Shown piece after piece: positions 11,036 to 23,900 of a stretch of 64,000 bases of DNA. Made by a program: the position numbers and the translations under genes. The first letter of the stretch is position 1. The number at the start of each line of letters is the position of its first letter. Origin of the DNA: Pecten maximus (lineage: Eukaryota); contig NC_047017.1 of NCBI RefSeq assembly GCF_902652985.1, positions 51,770,001 through 51,834,000 on the forward strand, read 5' to 3'. Below the pieces are notes generated by a model. It had not been told where the DNA came from and did not search any database. It saw only the letters and a program-made list of their open reading frames with translations.

Positions 11036-13879
11036 ATCCTTAGGGGAGAATGTTCACAGGTCTGCAGCAAATTACATTTCAATGCATTTATCATCTATCA
11101 TGTTTTTTAAAAAAAATCTGGGACCACCGTATGGAAGCAACACCGGATATTGGTACTAAGCAAAGCTTGTCAGAAGGCAAAACAAGAAACACGATGTTGG
11201 AAAATTACAAAATATCTAAGGATCCAACAGGACCAAGGTTTGACACGATGATTTATGACGATTTCTATCGTCGGCCCAGCTAAAAATTGTACCAATTGTC
11301 ATATTTTCCGTATCGTTCATAAAACATGCCATCTAGTACTGGCCAAACGTTTGGTCTGTCAGCTTAATATCCATTTTGAACATTAAGTTTAGCTATATCC
11401 ATGCCCAATATGTCGTCTTTTTTTCATTAATAATCTCTATTAACGTTGATTATACATTTTTTCTGATGTTAATTCAAAATTGACCTCAAACTTGCTTAGA
11501 AAAGTTTTTCGAAAGTTATACGGCGCTTGAAGAGTTGTTGAAAATGAGTGTTCGGCAAATCGAGAGGTGAGGATGGACAAACAATTCTTCAAACGATCAT
11601 CCACATGGCATCACCTATTACTTTGTTATATCTTGCCCCTTTTCTTTTTTAATATGTTACTTTCTAAATAAAAAGAAATATTGATATGAGGACTTTGAGG
11701 ACACCAGCTTATTCGAGGCTGATCCCAGGTCTCTCCTCGACCCTTTTTGCTGAAGAAATAAAACAATACCTTAAAAATAATAGCATCTGGCCATTTATTG
11801 AAATGTATTGTACATTATCATGATATACGTCATGTTCAGTATAGTCTTGCAAGTGTAATGATCTTACAATGTAGAAAGCGAATTACATGACTTATAGCAT
11901 AACGAACAAAAAAAGTTGTCGAAAATGACAGGCATACATTGTAAACATTTGTACATTTAGAAGTGAAACCCGAAGACTAAGTATATAATTCTCTCACATT
12001 AGATATAATACAATGTCCTTTTGGGAGGATTTACATACAGTGTAAGCTTGGGAGAAGTAAAATGTAGAATATGTATTTGGATATTATTGATATTACCTAC
12101 AATAAATCTTACCTAATACTAAAAATGTAGAAGAAAAAAACTGGCCATGCTATTATTAGTTTACAATATCTTTAATGCTCAAATTACTTGACCATGACAA
12201 TTTTTTTCGATAAAACAGAAAACAGCATATATTAACCTCAAGGTCGTATGATGTTTAGATCTTATAGTTGTAGGATAACAGTATAAACAATTGTTTGATA
12301 GTTTCACACTTCTGATGGGAAGCGCTTAGCATACTTAAGCAAATGGTCTTTGGTCTTTTAACTTTACTTATTCAAAATATCTCATAGACTGTCTCCAAAA
12401 TTGCTACAAATAACACACAGTATTTATGAAATCGATTCGTTGGGAAAATTCTATTGTTCCTTCAATATCTTCAATGAATATACTATAGACCTGCCCGCAA
12501 AATGACATGAACATCCTATTATTTCCTTTGCTCTGCCACATCATCCAAGTAAATCATCATCGATGCCTATTTTGAATCACGCGATCTTCTATGTTCCCTT
12601 CCTTGCACTCTTAGTCAAGTAAAACTATGTTGAGTCAGGAATCCACCATTTGTTCCAATATCTAAATTTCTTACAAGGTATATGCCAAATGACATCATTT
12701 TACGAAATAAGAATAAACAACCAATTACAATAAAACTAGTTGTTTACTAAACCGCTTTGACGCCATGTTTCAAGGAAAAATTACTGTCATTTTGCCTTGA
12801 AACATTGTTTATAAAGTTGTTTATACGTGAGATATCTGAAAATCAAAATAATGAAAATGTTTAAAACGTAAACAATTATAGTATAGCCTTAATTATCATA
12901 ATATGCTTCAGTTCTACAAAAATATCGACATATATATATTACTGATTTATCTGTATTTAAATCAAAATGTCATTGTGACATCTGTTCCCACCTGTTTACA
13001 GAAATATTCTTGAATATCCAAATACCAATCAGATAAAGAAACGTGTTGATTTTCTTATGTTACCGACATTGTAGTGACACGTATGACTCTTATATATCTA
13101 TGAAGTAAACATAGTTGGCTTAACATTGTTACTCGTGTTTGAATGGTATTATACTTGTTATTCTCAACAAAAGCAACGAACATGTACAATCCCCTGCAAT
13201 ATTGACCGAATTTGCATAATCGTTGATGTGAACTCCCTCGAAGAAGTCTCAATACAGCTGGCGTACGGCCTCGCTTTAGGAAATAACGCATGTGATTACC
13301 CCTTGTTGAAAGGTACTATGAGTTGACAGGGTGCAGTTTGTCTGGACATTACAAGAAAAAACTAACCAAAGCAATTTTAGAACTTAATATATGAATCGTA
13401 ACTTGTCAAAATGTGATGTTGAGTACAAGAAAATTAATTTATCTTATATATTTTAGTTTAAGATTTATAGAAACTCTTCATGTTTTGTTATTGAGCATCA
13501 TATATAAAAAAAAAAAATTATTATATAATTAAGTCAAGTTAATCTTTCTTGCAAATTGATAAGTAATTGTTAATCAGGAATTGATCATGAATAAGCTTAT
13601 TGATAAGTAATAGGTAATCAGCTACCGATTCAAATAGGAAGATATTGTTCAGACGTTTTTGATTCAATCTTTCTTGAGTTATGTAACCAGATCTTCGAAC
13701 AGACCATTTGCATACTCTTGGGAACAAACCGTGCCCCTGTGTTAGCTGACTAAATTTTAGTCATAGAAAGCTGATTATATTGAAGAACTTATCAGAACAG
13801 GTAACCTTGAGACGTTGAAAAGTCCTTAGAATTCATCTATATATAGATGGTGTCTTAAAAACATGAATGACCATGTATA

Positions 13880-14310
13880 TGACATATATCCTGTAGACCA
13901 TGAAATCTAGAACAACACTGACTCTTCAAGATCAGCTGCCTACCTCGATCATTGCTTAAATTGTAAACAGTAGGATAGGATGTGCGTGATGATTTCAATT
14001 TTTATTTCTATATAAAAATATCGCTGCATCTCCTACCTACGATGCTTATTTGCCCCACTGGATTCGATGTTGAATTACAGTTGTTCCCAAAGCATTGTAT
14101 CACGATTCCCGTGGTAGGTATCGACTACTGAAGATGTTGAGGGTTTTGCAGGTTGATGAAGACCATTAGAATATCTAATGGTCGACTACATGATGTCATT
14201 TGGAAACAACCCAATGTGACTGAACTAGGATATACTTAGGTCTATATGGCTTGTGTCGTCGATTAAAGCAGAACGCGCTTACTTTTTTCAGAGCACCTGG
14301 TTCTATCGAC
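13880..14310 (+). mobile_element. Decayed Penelope-like retroelement RT C-terminal remnant
   Basis: Translates to TDSSRSAAYLD...DVRDDFNF...NIAASPTYDAYLPHWIRC, resembling PLE motifs (SASYLDL, KRDDFNF, NIPxxPAYGVYISQLIRY); tail cttac...cagagcacctg. Confidence 0.6.
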
Positions 14311-14851
14311 TTTAAGTTGGAATTGCTTATTATGTCGGTATTCTTTGTGGTTTCAGTCCAAATAATGTTTAAGAAATACGGGTGGGGAGATATAGTGCCA
14401 CTTTGGTAGCAAGACATATATTTGATAAACGCTCAGAAAATAGCATTGCTCTTCACTCACTTCTATTCAAATAGACCACTGGCAGCCATCCATCACTGTT
14501 CATTGCAATTAAAAGACGCATTATTTCAAAAGATCATTAAACCTAAACTTAACAATATAGACGGTCGTTTGCGAACAGAATATATGCTTGATATTGAATT
14601 AAACACAATTGTGGGTTAACTCCAACATGGGTTCCTGACACTTTAATCCCCTCGTATCAGGTTTATACTAATTAACTGGTAACACCAGATTTTCCTTTGT
14701 ATTTGTTATTTAAGCCTGTGGCATTATACACAGCTGTTGTGTTTTGCTTGTGTATGGACCCCATCGAATCGTTCACATTTGATACTTTGATGTTTTGACA
14801 TAAAAATTATGCTAATACAATGTTCTCTCATATTAAGCATTATTTAAGATG

Positions 14852-14858
14852 TATAAAT
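14852..14858 (+). promoter_or_regulatory. TATA box of paralog B
   Basis: TATAAAT about 80 bp upstream of the ATG at 14933. Confidence 0.5.
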
Positions 14859-14932
14859 ACATTGAGTTTCTTGTCTCAACATTTACTCCAAGGTTCTAGA
14901 ACAGGAGAGAATCTAACTGCTTTTCGGACAAG

Positions 14933-17900
14933 ATGTTTGCTTTTAAAGAACTTGTGTTGTTCACACTGCTAGTCATCGTCGGTAAGTTGCCTACAAACTG
15001 CCAAATTTTATTTTTCCTTTCCAGTAATTAATCCAAGTAGAAATTGTTTTTTCGTTAGTGTATTCATAGCCATGTAGTATACACATCATACACTTAAAAA
15101 TTCAACTCTTTGATTTTTTCTTAATGCAATTTGAATAATTTTACCGATTGTTTGCAACATTTTTGCATAAATATTAATACATTCCTTTTTGTGGTATAAT
15201 GAAAAAAAATTAATTAAGCGGTACTCGCCATTCCTTATGTGTCTATGAATGCTTTGTTTCCTTATCCGTGTAATGTACACGCCATCTTATAATTGTAGCG
15301 TTGGTCTTCATTTAATGACATGTATTAAAACGTTTACACAAAATTAAGATTACCTACAAAGTGATAGCAGTAGATGATGATGTACACGTATGTGTATCCT
15401 ATAGTTGTGGTATTAGAGGTCCAAATTTGAGTTACCTAACATCAACATATATTGAAATATTATAGGTAATTATTTTTTCAATAATGACGCTACATCCTGA
15501 ATCCGTTCGGGTTTTTTTTGATGTTGTGGATATTCTTGTATGCAAAACAGGGAATTAAAAAACATATTGGATATCAATTACGTTTTATAAGCTTGACACA
15601 TATTATGTAGAATGCACACATTTCAATATAGCAAGTAACAATTATTCTAAAGTTAACTATAAAGCTTGGTTTTCCCATGATAAAAATGTATTGTTTGCTT
15701 TACAATTCAAAATTAGATATATATTTTACAGCCGTGGAATGCTCAGAGCGGGAAAAAAGAAGTAAGTATCAAATAATTTTTTGAAAGATTATAAAGAAAT
15801 TAATTTTCATTCACTTCTGTCTGAATATTTTTACACTTTTAATAAATTCGATCTTATACCACATGATAACGTAATCAATGGAGCGGTATTTTTTTATGAT
15901 AGCCACCTGCGGAGCGCATGCGCATTACGATCCTCAAAACAATTGCTGCGTCTGTAATGATGGCTGGGAAGGAGACCCCTTGGTAGCCTGTGAGAGACAA
16001 GGTGAGTCGTTATGTCGTTTGGAATTTTTAAGTGTTTATTTAAATAATTAAATTCGCCAAAACATCTTTCACAAAATAACGCAAAGCACGACACAACGTC
16101 TAGACAGGAAAGTCGAACCTAGGTACCCGATACTTTCAAGGAAAAACTGACGACTTGGAGCCAACGAGACTTGTTCCCGTTAAAGTCTTGGGATTATGGG
16201 GATATCTTATTAACAACAATGGGATCGGAATTGTATTAAGCTGAATCGACCACTAGGGTTGCCATATTGACCACATGAAAATTGAAACACATGTCATTTA
16301 GTGTCCAGGACAGATTAAGTCCTTGGATATACTTCTCGCTCATCTCTAACCGCAGTAAACTCGTTAGTAGTAAATATGAACATGCTAGATTACATACTAT
16401 CTAATCTGAACAAGTTGATAATTATTTTACTACATTACTTCAATACACCTGGCCAGGGAAATAAAAAAAAACACCATAAAACACTGTTCTGATTGGTCCA
16501 TACTATTTTACGATATCATTAAATGATCACAATTGTTATATACGTTTAACAGCGATGATTTATTCTGATATTTCTCTGATAGAAATACAGTAAAATATTT
16601 CTACATAAATGCGACCCGCTGTATATCATCTTAACAGTCCCGATCCAATGATGGTTTTAGGCGTTGGATAAAATGCTTACTTAGATTGTAAATTTATCCG
16701 AATAAACCCTGTTATTGTAACTGTAAACTCTGTCGGTTTCAATCTTTTATATTCTTTAATTGAATTATTCGGAATTCCAATCGACGACCATCTTTGGCGT
16801 TGTAACTATGCATTAATTGTTTTAGTATTTAAATGATCTCGAAAATTTCCCTCAGAACTTTATAACGATAATGTCATCAGTTTTATTAAAACAGATTAAA
16901 TCATAATGGTGTAAAATAATATTATCCAATGATTTAACAGAGGAAGAAGAAAGTAGCAACGATGAGGATGATAATGGGGAAACTGACGAAACTTCCGGTG
17001 AGTATTACTATGCCAACGTAATTGATTCATGTACTGGTCTGATCTAAATTTCAATATGAGAAAGCAAGCTACTGTTGTCTGATGCGTTAAAATAGCCATT
17101 GTTGAAAATGAAAACGAACGATCAAGGTTTCAATTATATATCTATATTCCATCATTAAACGTCATGCATTTTAGTTGCTGAGCACAACAGGATAACGATA
17201 ATTATGTCATGAGAGTAATATTTGTTTGATATTCAATAAGAAAGCAATACCTTTCATTTTAAGGAAGAATATTTAGAATATACCAAAGCGATAAAAAGAC
17301 ACCAGTAACATACTGTCTTATTCAATTGTGGTTACCTTTGACACAAGAGGACAGTGCCATTTTGACTGAACTTAACTTTACCATGTGAGAAATTTCTGTT
17401 GTTATTCGACAAGTTATGCTTCAACTATGAATGAAAAGCAAAGTAGAGATTTGTCAAAAACAACGGTTTTATCAACAATAGTGATTAAAACTTAAATTTC
17501 ACTTGTCAAAATTAAACAAAATGTTTAATGGAGTCGATGTTTATGAATCCTGGTCCCCTTTTGTATTTCGGGTTTATTTTAAAAATTACGTTCGCCTCTC
17601 AAATTCTAAACTTCGGTAAATCACGGATGCCATCTTGAATGACGTCATATGACTACCATTATTGCTCTACCATTTATTATGGTAACATTACCTAAAACAT
17701 GAACTAACATTGATCGGATCGGTTTTCTTTAGCATTTCTATCAATATAATGTAAAATAATAATTTCGATTTTAACAGAGGAAGACGAAAGTAGCAACGAT
17801 AAGGATGATAATGGGGAAAGTGACGAATCTTCTGGTGAGTGTATTTATGTACTGGTCTGATATAAATTGTCAAATTAATTGTTTGTTTTTGACTTTTTTC

Positions 17901-20900
17901 ATATAATCAATCATTATTAGCAATGCATTACATAATCAGGGATTGTAAGGTATTGCTGTGAATGTACGTGCTGAGCTGACTTCTCTAAGCGAAGGTGTTT
18001 AAGTCAACTCGTCCCGAAGTTGATGTTCGGCTGTGCGTTACCACAATCGGCGTAGTCTACACTTGGTCAAGCTCGCATTATGACGTCTTTTACGCACCCA
18101 TACCTGTGTGATCGTAGACTACACTTGCCATTGTCGGCAATATAGATATTGAGTTTATAACATTGTATATTCGGTCATCTTTCCCAATAATATTGTTATT
18201 ACCACAGTGATCATAAAGGCTTAATAAAGATGATAAAATCTTATATTTCACTGGTAAAATTTTTAATAGAGTCGCTGTTTATGAGTTTCAGAGTACTGGT
18301 GCATTTTTTGTATCTAGGGTATATTTTATAAATTTCCTACGCTTCTAAATATCTGAAGTCCGATCGATATCACCTTGGATGACGTCATTTTATATCAAAG
18401 AATTTGGTTCTACGATTTCTAGATTATCACCAATTTGCTCACAGAAAGTATTAACATTGACGGCATCGGTTTTCTTTAACACTTTCTATCAAAATAATGA
18501 AGAATAATAGTTTCTATTAATTTAACAGAAGAAGACGAAAGTAGCAACGATGACGATGCTAATGGGGAAAGTGATGAAGCATCTGGTGAGTATATTTATA
18601 CCAACATAGTTTGCTTATGTACTAGTCTGATATGAACTTTCATATGAAATTTTGGTTACCTTTGACACAAGAGGACAGTGCCATTTTGACTGAACTTAAC
18701 TTTACCATGTGAGAAATTTCTGTTGTTATTCGACAAGTTATGCTTCAAATATTAATGAAAAGCAAAGTAGCGATTTGTCAAAAACAACGGTTTTATCAAC
18801 AATAGTGATTAAAACTTAAATTTCACTTGTCAAATATAAACAAAATGTTTAATGGAGTCGATGTTTATGAATCCTGGTCCCCTTTTGTATTTCGGGTTTA
18901 TTTTAAAAATTACTTTCGCCTCTCAAATTCTAAACTTCGGTAAATCACGGATGCCATCTTGGATGATGACGTCATATGACTACCATTATTGCTCTACCAT
19001 TTATTATGGTAACATTACCTAAAAAATGAACTAACATTGATCGGATCGGTTTTCTTTAGCATTTCCATCAATATAATGTAAAATAATAATTTCGATTTTA
19101 ACAGAGGAAGACGAAAGTAGCAATGATGAGGATGATAATGGGGAAAGTGACGAATCTTCTGGTGAGTGTATTTATGTACTGGTCTGATATAAATTGTCAA
19201 ATTAATTGTTTGTTTTTGCCTTTTTTCATATAATCAATCATTATTAGCAATGCATTACATAATCAGGGATTGTAAGGTATTGCTGTGAATGTACGTGCTG
19301 AGCTGACTTCTCTAAGCGAAGGTGTTTATGTCAACTCGTCCCGAAGTTGATGTTCGGCTGTGCGTTACCACAATCGGCGTAGTCTACACTTGGTCAAGCT
19401 CGCATTATGACGTCTTTTACGCACCCATACCTGTGTGATCGTAGACTACACTTTCTATTGTCGACAATATAGATATTGAGTTTATAACATTGTATATTCG
19501 GTCATCTTTCCCAATAATATTGTTATTACCACAGTGATCATAAAGGCTTAATAAAGATGATAAAATCTTATATTTCACTGGTAAAATTTTTAATAGAGTC
19601 GCTGTTTATGAGTTTCAGAGTCCTGGTGCATTTTTGTATCTAGGGTATATTTTATAAATTTCCTACGCTTCTAAATATCTGAAGTCCGATCGATATCACC
19701 TTGGATGACGTCATTTTATATCAAAGAATTTAGTTCTACGATTTCTAGATCATCACCAATTTGCTCACAGAAAGCATTAACATTGACGGCATCGGTTTTC
19801 TTTAACACTTTCTATCAAAACAATGAAGAATAATAGTTTCTATTAATTTAACAGAAGAAGACGAAAGTAGCAACGATGACGATGATAATGGGGAAAGTGA
19901 TGAAGCATCTGGTGAGTATATTTATACCAACATAGTTTGCTTATGTACTAGTCTGATATGAACTTTCATATGAAGTATATATTTATTTTTTTCAGATTAT
20001 AAATCGTTATGATCAATATATTATATAATGAATGTTTTCCATGAGCATGCTGAAGATATTCTAGTATCATCTGGTAGCACAGTAGCTTGACAAAGCTCTG
20101 AAAATTAAGTGATATATCTAACAGATGATTACCAAATTAACAAAATTCTACTGTTACCCTGACATTGACTCTCAGATGAAGATGTTTTCTCCAAAAACCT
20201 TCCTTAAATTAAACATCACTTACATGCTAATTGGAAAACTCCAATTTCAATTTTAACATTAAGTTATTTCACAGATTTCCCGTATTTTGAAAGTATGGAT
20301 TTTCTTTCTGAAAACCTAGCATTTCTACTATGGAGTAGGTTTGAGACTGGCCAAATTGAATTCTCGAACCAAATACAAATTTTGCATTCTAAGATCCCTC
20401 CAGTTCAACATATGTTTACCAATTTTACGGTATATTTCATTTTTAGATCTTTAAACACCAATTTATATTCACTGTGTGAAATATAATACGTGAGATACCA
20501 AGTTTCTGTGGTTTGGAATTTTGTAATAGCCACAGTTGAAAATTGTAACGATCAAGGTTTCGTCATTTAAATAATTAAGTGTTATACATTTCAGTTGCTG
20601 TGCATGACAGGGTAACGATACATTATGTCATAAGAGTACAATGTGTTTAATGATAAAGAGAAAATCATTCGTATTGTTCTATACATTTTATTTCAAGGAA
20701 GAACATTTAGAATTTTTTTTAAATACCAAAACGATAAAAATGTAAAGACATCAGTAACAAAATGTTTCTTGTCTTATTCCGTTGTCGTTACCCTTGACAC
20801 AAGAAGACAGCACCATTTCCACTTCACAATGTCAGATATTTCTGTTATTATCCAGCAGGTAATGCTTCAATTATGAATAAATAGCAAAGACGTAATTGGT

Positions 20901-23900
20901 CAAAACCCAAAGTCTTATCAACCATAGCGATCGTTCAATATTCGTATATTACCACAAGGATGATAGAGGCTTAATAAGGATGATAAAATTAGTATATTTC
21001 ACTAATACAATGTAAAAACATAGTAAAATGATCAATGGAGTCGCTGTTTATGATCTTAAGAGTGCTTCTGCAACCATTTTGTATATAGGGTTTATTTTAC
21101 AATTTACTTTCAAATTCTGAAGTTCGATCAATCACGGATGCCATCTAAGATGACTTCATATAATATTACTTTGATCATTGCTCAAACATCTATTATCACA
21201 ACATTGCCTAAAAAGGTATTAACATTGATCGGATCGGTTTTCTTTAGCAGTTTCTATTGAAATAATTTAAATAATATTATCGATTTATTTAACAGAGGAA
21301 GACGAAAGTAGCAATGGTGAGGATGGTAATGGGGAAAGTGACGAAACTTCTGGTGAGTGTATTTTAGTCAACAAAGTCATCTTATGTACCGTTCTGGTAT
21401 GAACTTTAATGAAAAAATGTTGGGGTTTTTTTCAGATAATAAATCATTATAATAAATGTGCTATATAATCAGGGATTGTAAGATACTCTTATTCCACCAT
21501 AGTGATGATATAGGCTTAATAAACGTAATAAATTCATTTATTGCATTTTGTCAGTGAAATATAGAAATTTATCAAACTAATACAATTTTCACTGCAGCGA
21601 TGAGCAGTGAAAATATAAGATTTTGCTGTGAAAATATAACTTTTTCGTTTTTGACCAATCAGAGCGAACCTTTGTGTTCACCACATTGTAACTTCCCGAT
21701 TTTTCCAATCGAAGTGAAGATAGATACATTGGTTATTTTGCTGTATTTCTGAAATATTCATACTAGCTTTTGACAAAATACTAACTTACGATAGCTATTC
21801 ATGCATAGATTCTCCGACAACAGTAGAAAACGCTTTAATTGCCATGATCAGTCCTTTCAAAATGGCGCCATCAAGTTGACGTGGAGTAACGCCACAAAGA
21901 GATGACGTCATGAATTCCCGCTCTTTTTGATACTATTAAATTCGTGAAAATATAGATGTTCTGTCATACTCGTGAAATATATGTTATATTAAACGGGAAA
22001 ACATTCAATATCCTTATATCCTATATATTTTTTAATTGAGTCACTGTTTACGACTTTTAGAATCCTGTTGTCATTTTTGTATCTAGAGTTTATTTTATAA
22101 TATTTTCCCGCTTCTCAAAGTATGAAGTTCGATTAATCGCGGGTGCCATCCTGGATGACGTCATATTTTATTTAAGATCATTGCTCTACGATTTCTATAT
22201 TATCATCACTTTGCCTTCAGAACGTATTATCATTGACGGCGTCAATATTCTTTTGCATTTTCTATCAAAATAATGTTAAATAATATTATCCAATGATTTA
22301 ACAGAGGAAGATGATAGTAGTAACGCTGGTAATGATAACGGAGAAAGAGACGAATCTTCTTTTTACCAACATAGTTTACTTATGTACTGGTCTGATATGA
22401 ATTTTCATGTGAAAAATATTCTTGTTTTCAGATTATCAATCATTATTTTCAAAGTACTATCTAATCAGGGTTTTCTATTAGCATACTGAAGACATTACAG
22501 TGACGTTATGCAGCACTGTAGCTTGACCAGATTTTGAAAATTTAATGATGTAAAAGGTTACCACATAAACAAATGCCTTAAAAACATACAATTTTATTGT
22601 TACCCTGACATTGACTCCCAAATGAAGATGTTTTCTCCAAAAACCTTTGACATTAAACATTACATACATGCTGATAGGGAAACTCATATTTCAGTTAAAA
22701 CTTTAAGTTATTTCACAAATTTCCCGTGTTTTGGCAGTATCGATTTTATTCTTTCTGCAAACCTAGCTTTTCTACTTTTGGTAAGTTTGAGACTGGCCAA
22801 ATTGAAATATCGAAGCAAATAAAACTTTTGCATTCTAAACTTATGTATCCCCACTCTCTTCACTTCATCATCTATACCAATTTTGGTGTATAATTTATTT
22901 TTAGATCGTTATACACCAATTGAAAAAATGTTATATTCATTGTATGAAAATATAACACGTGAGAGACCACGCTTCTGTGGTCTGATACTTTATAACAGAC
23001 ATGGTTATCGATCGATCGAGGTTTCCAACATTTAAATATATAGTTGATATTCAATGATGAATCATTAAATGTTATACATTTAAGTTGATGAGTATGACAG
23101 GATAATGATACATTCCGTCATGCGAGTAAAACCTTTTTAATGTTCAACAGGAAACCATTCGTAATATTCTATACATATCATTTACGGAAAGAACATTTAG
23201 AAAATACCAAAGCGATAAAAAGAAATGAAGACATCAGTAACATTATGTTGTCATATTCCATTGTCTTGACACAAGAATACATTACCATTTTGACCGAACT
23301 GAACTTTACAATTTCAAACAATTCCGTTAGTTATTTTTCAAATATGAATGTGATTGGTGAAAAAAATATTGTATCAACCATAGTGATTGTGCGATATTCG
23401 TTTGAAGATTTTAAGAGTTTTGAAACCTTTTTATCAAAGGTTTATCTTTACCACGCTTCTCAAATTCTGAAGTTCGATCAAAAAATGATGCCATCTTAGA
23501 TGACGTCATATGATACTAAGGGCTATTGCTCTACAAGTTTCTTTCGTCACTTTGCCCATAGAATGTTTAGCAATTTCTATGAAACGAAATGCAAAATGAC
23601 AGTATATATATTACTTTAACAGAGGAAGATGAAAATAGCAACGATGAGAATGATAATGGGGAAAGTGACGAATCATCTGGTCAGTATATTTAGGCCAACA
23701 TAATTTTTCTGATGAACTGGTCTTATATAAATTTTATATTACACTTGTAAAAGTAGAGTCTCTGTTTATGAGTTTAAGAGTTCTTATCCCATTTTGTATC
23801 TACGGTTTATTTTATAAAGTTCTTACGCTTCGCAAATTTTTTGCTCGATCAATTTCGGATACCATATTAGATGACGTAATATTATATTGAATATATCATT

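Noticed and set aside
11050-13730. Scattered short ORFs as a gene
   Set aside because: No consistent exon chain or recognisable motif.
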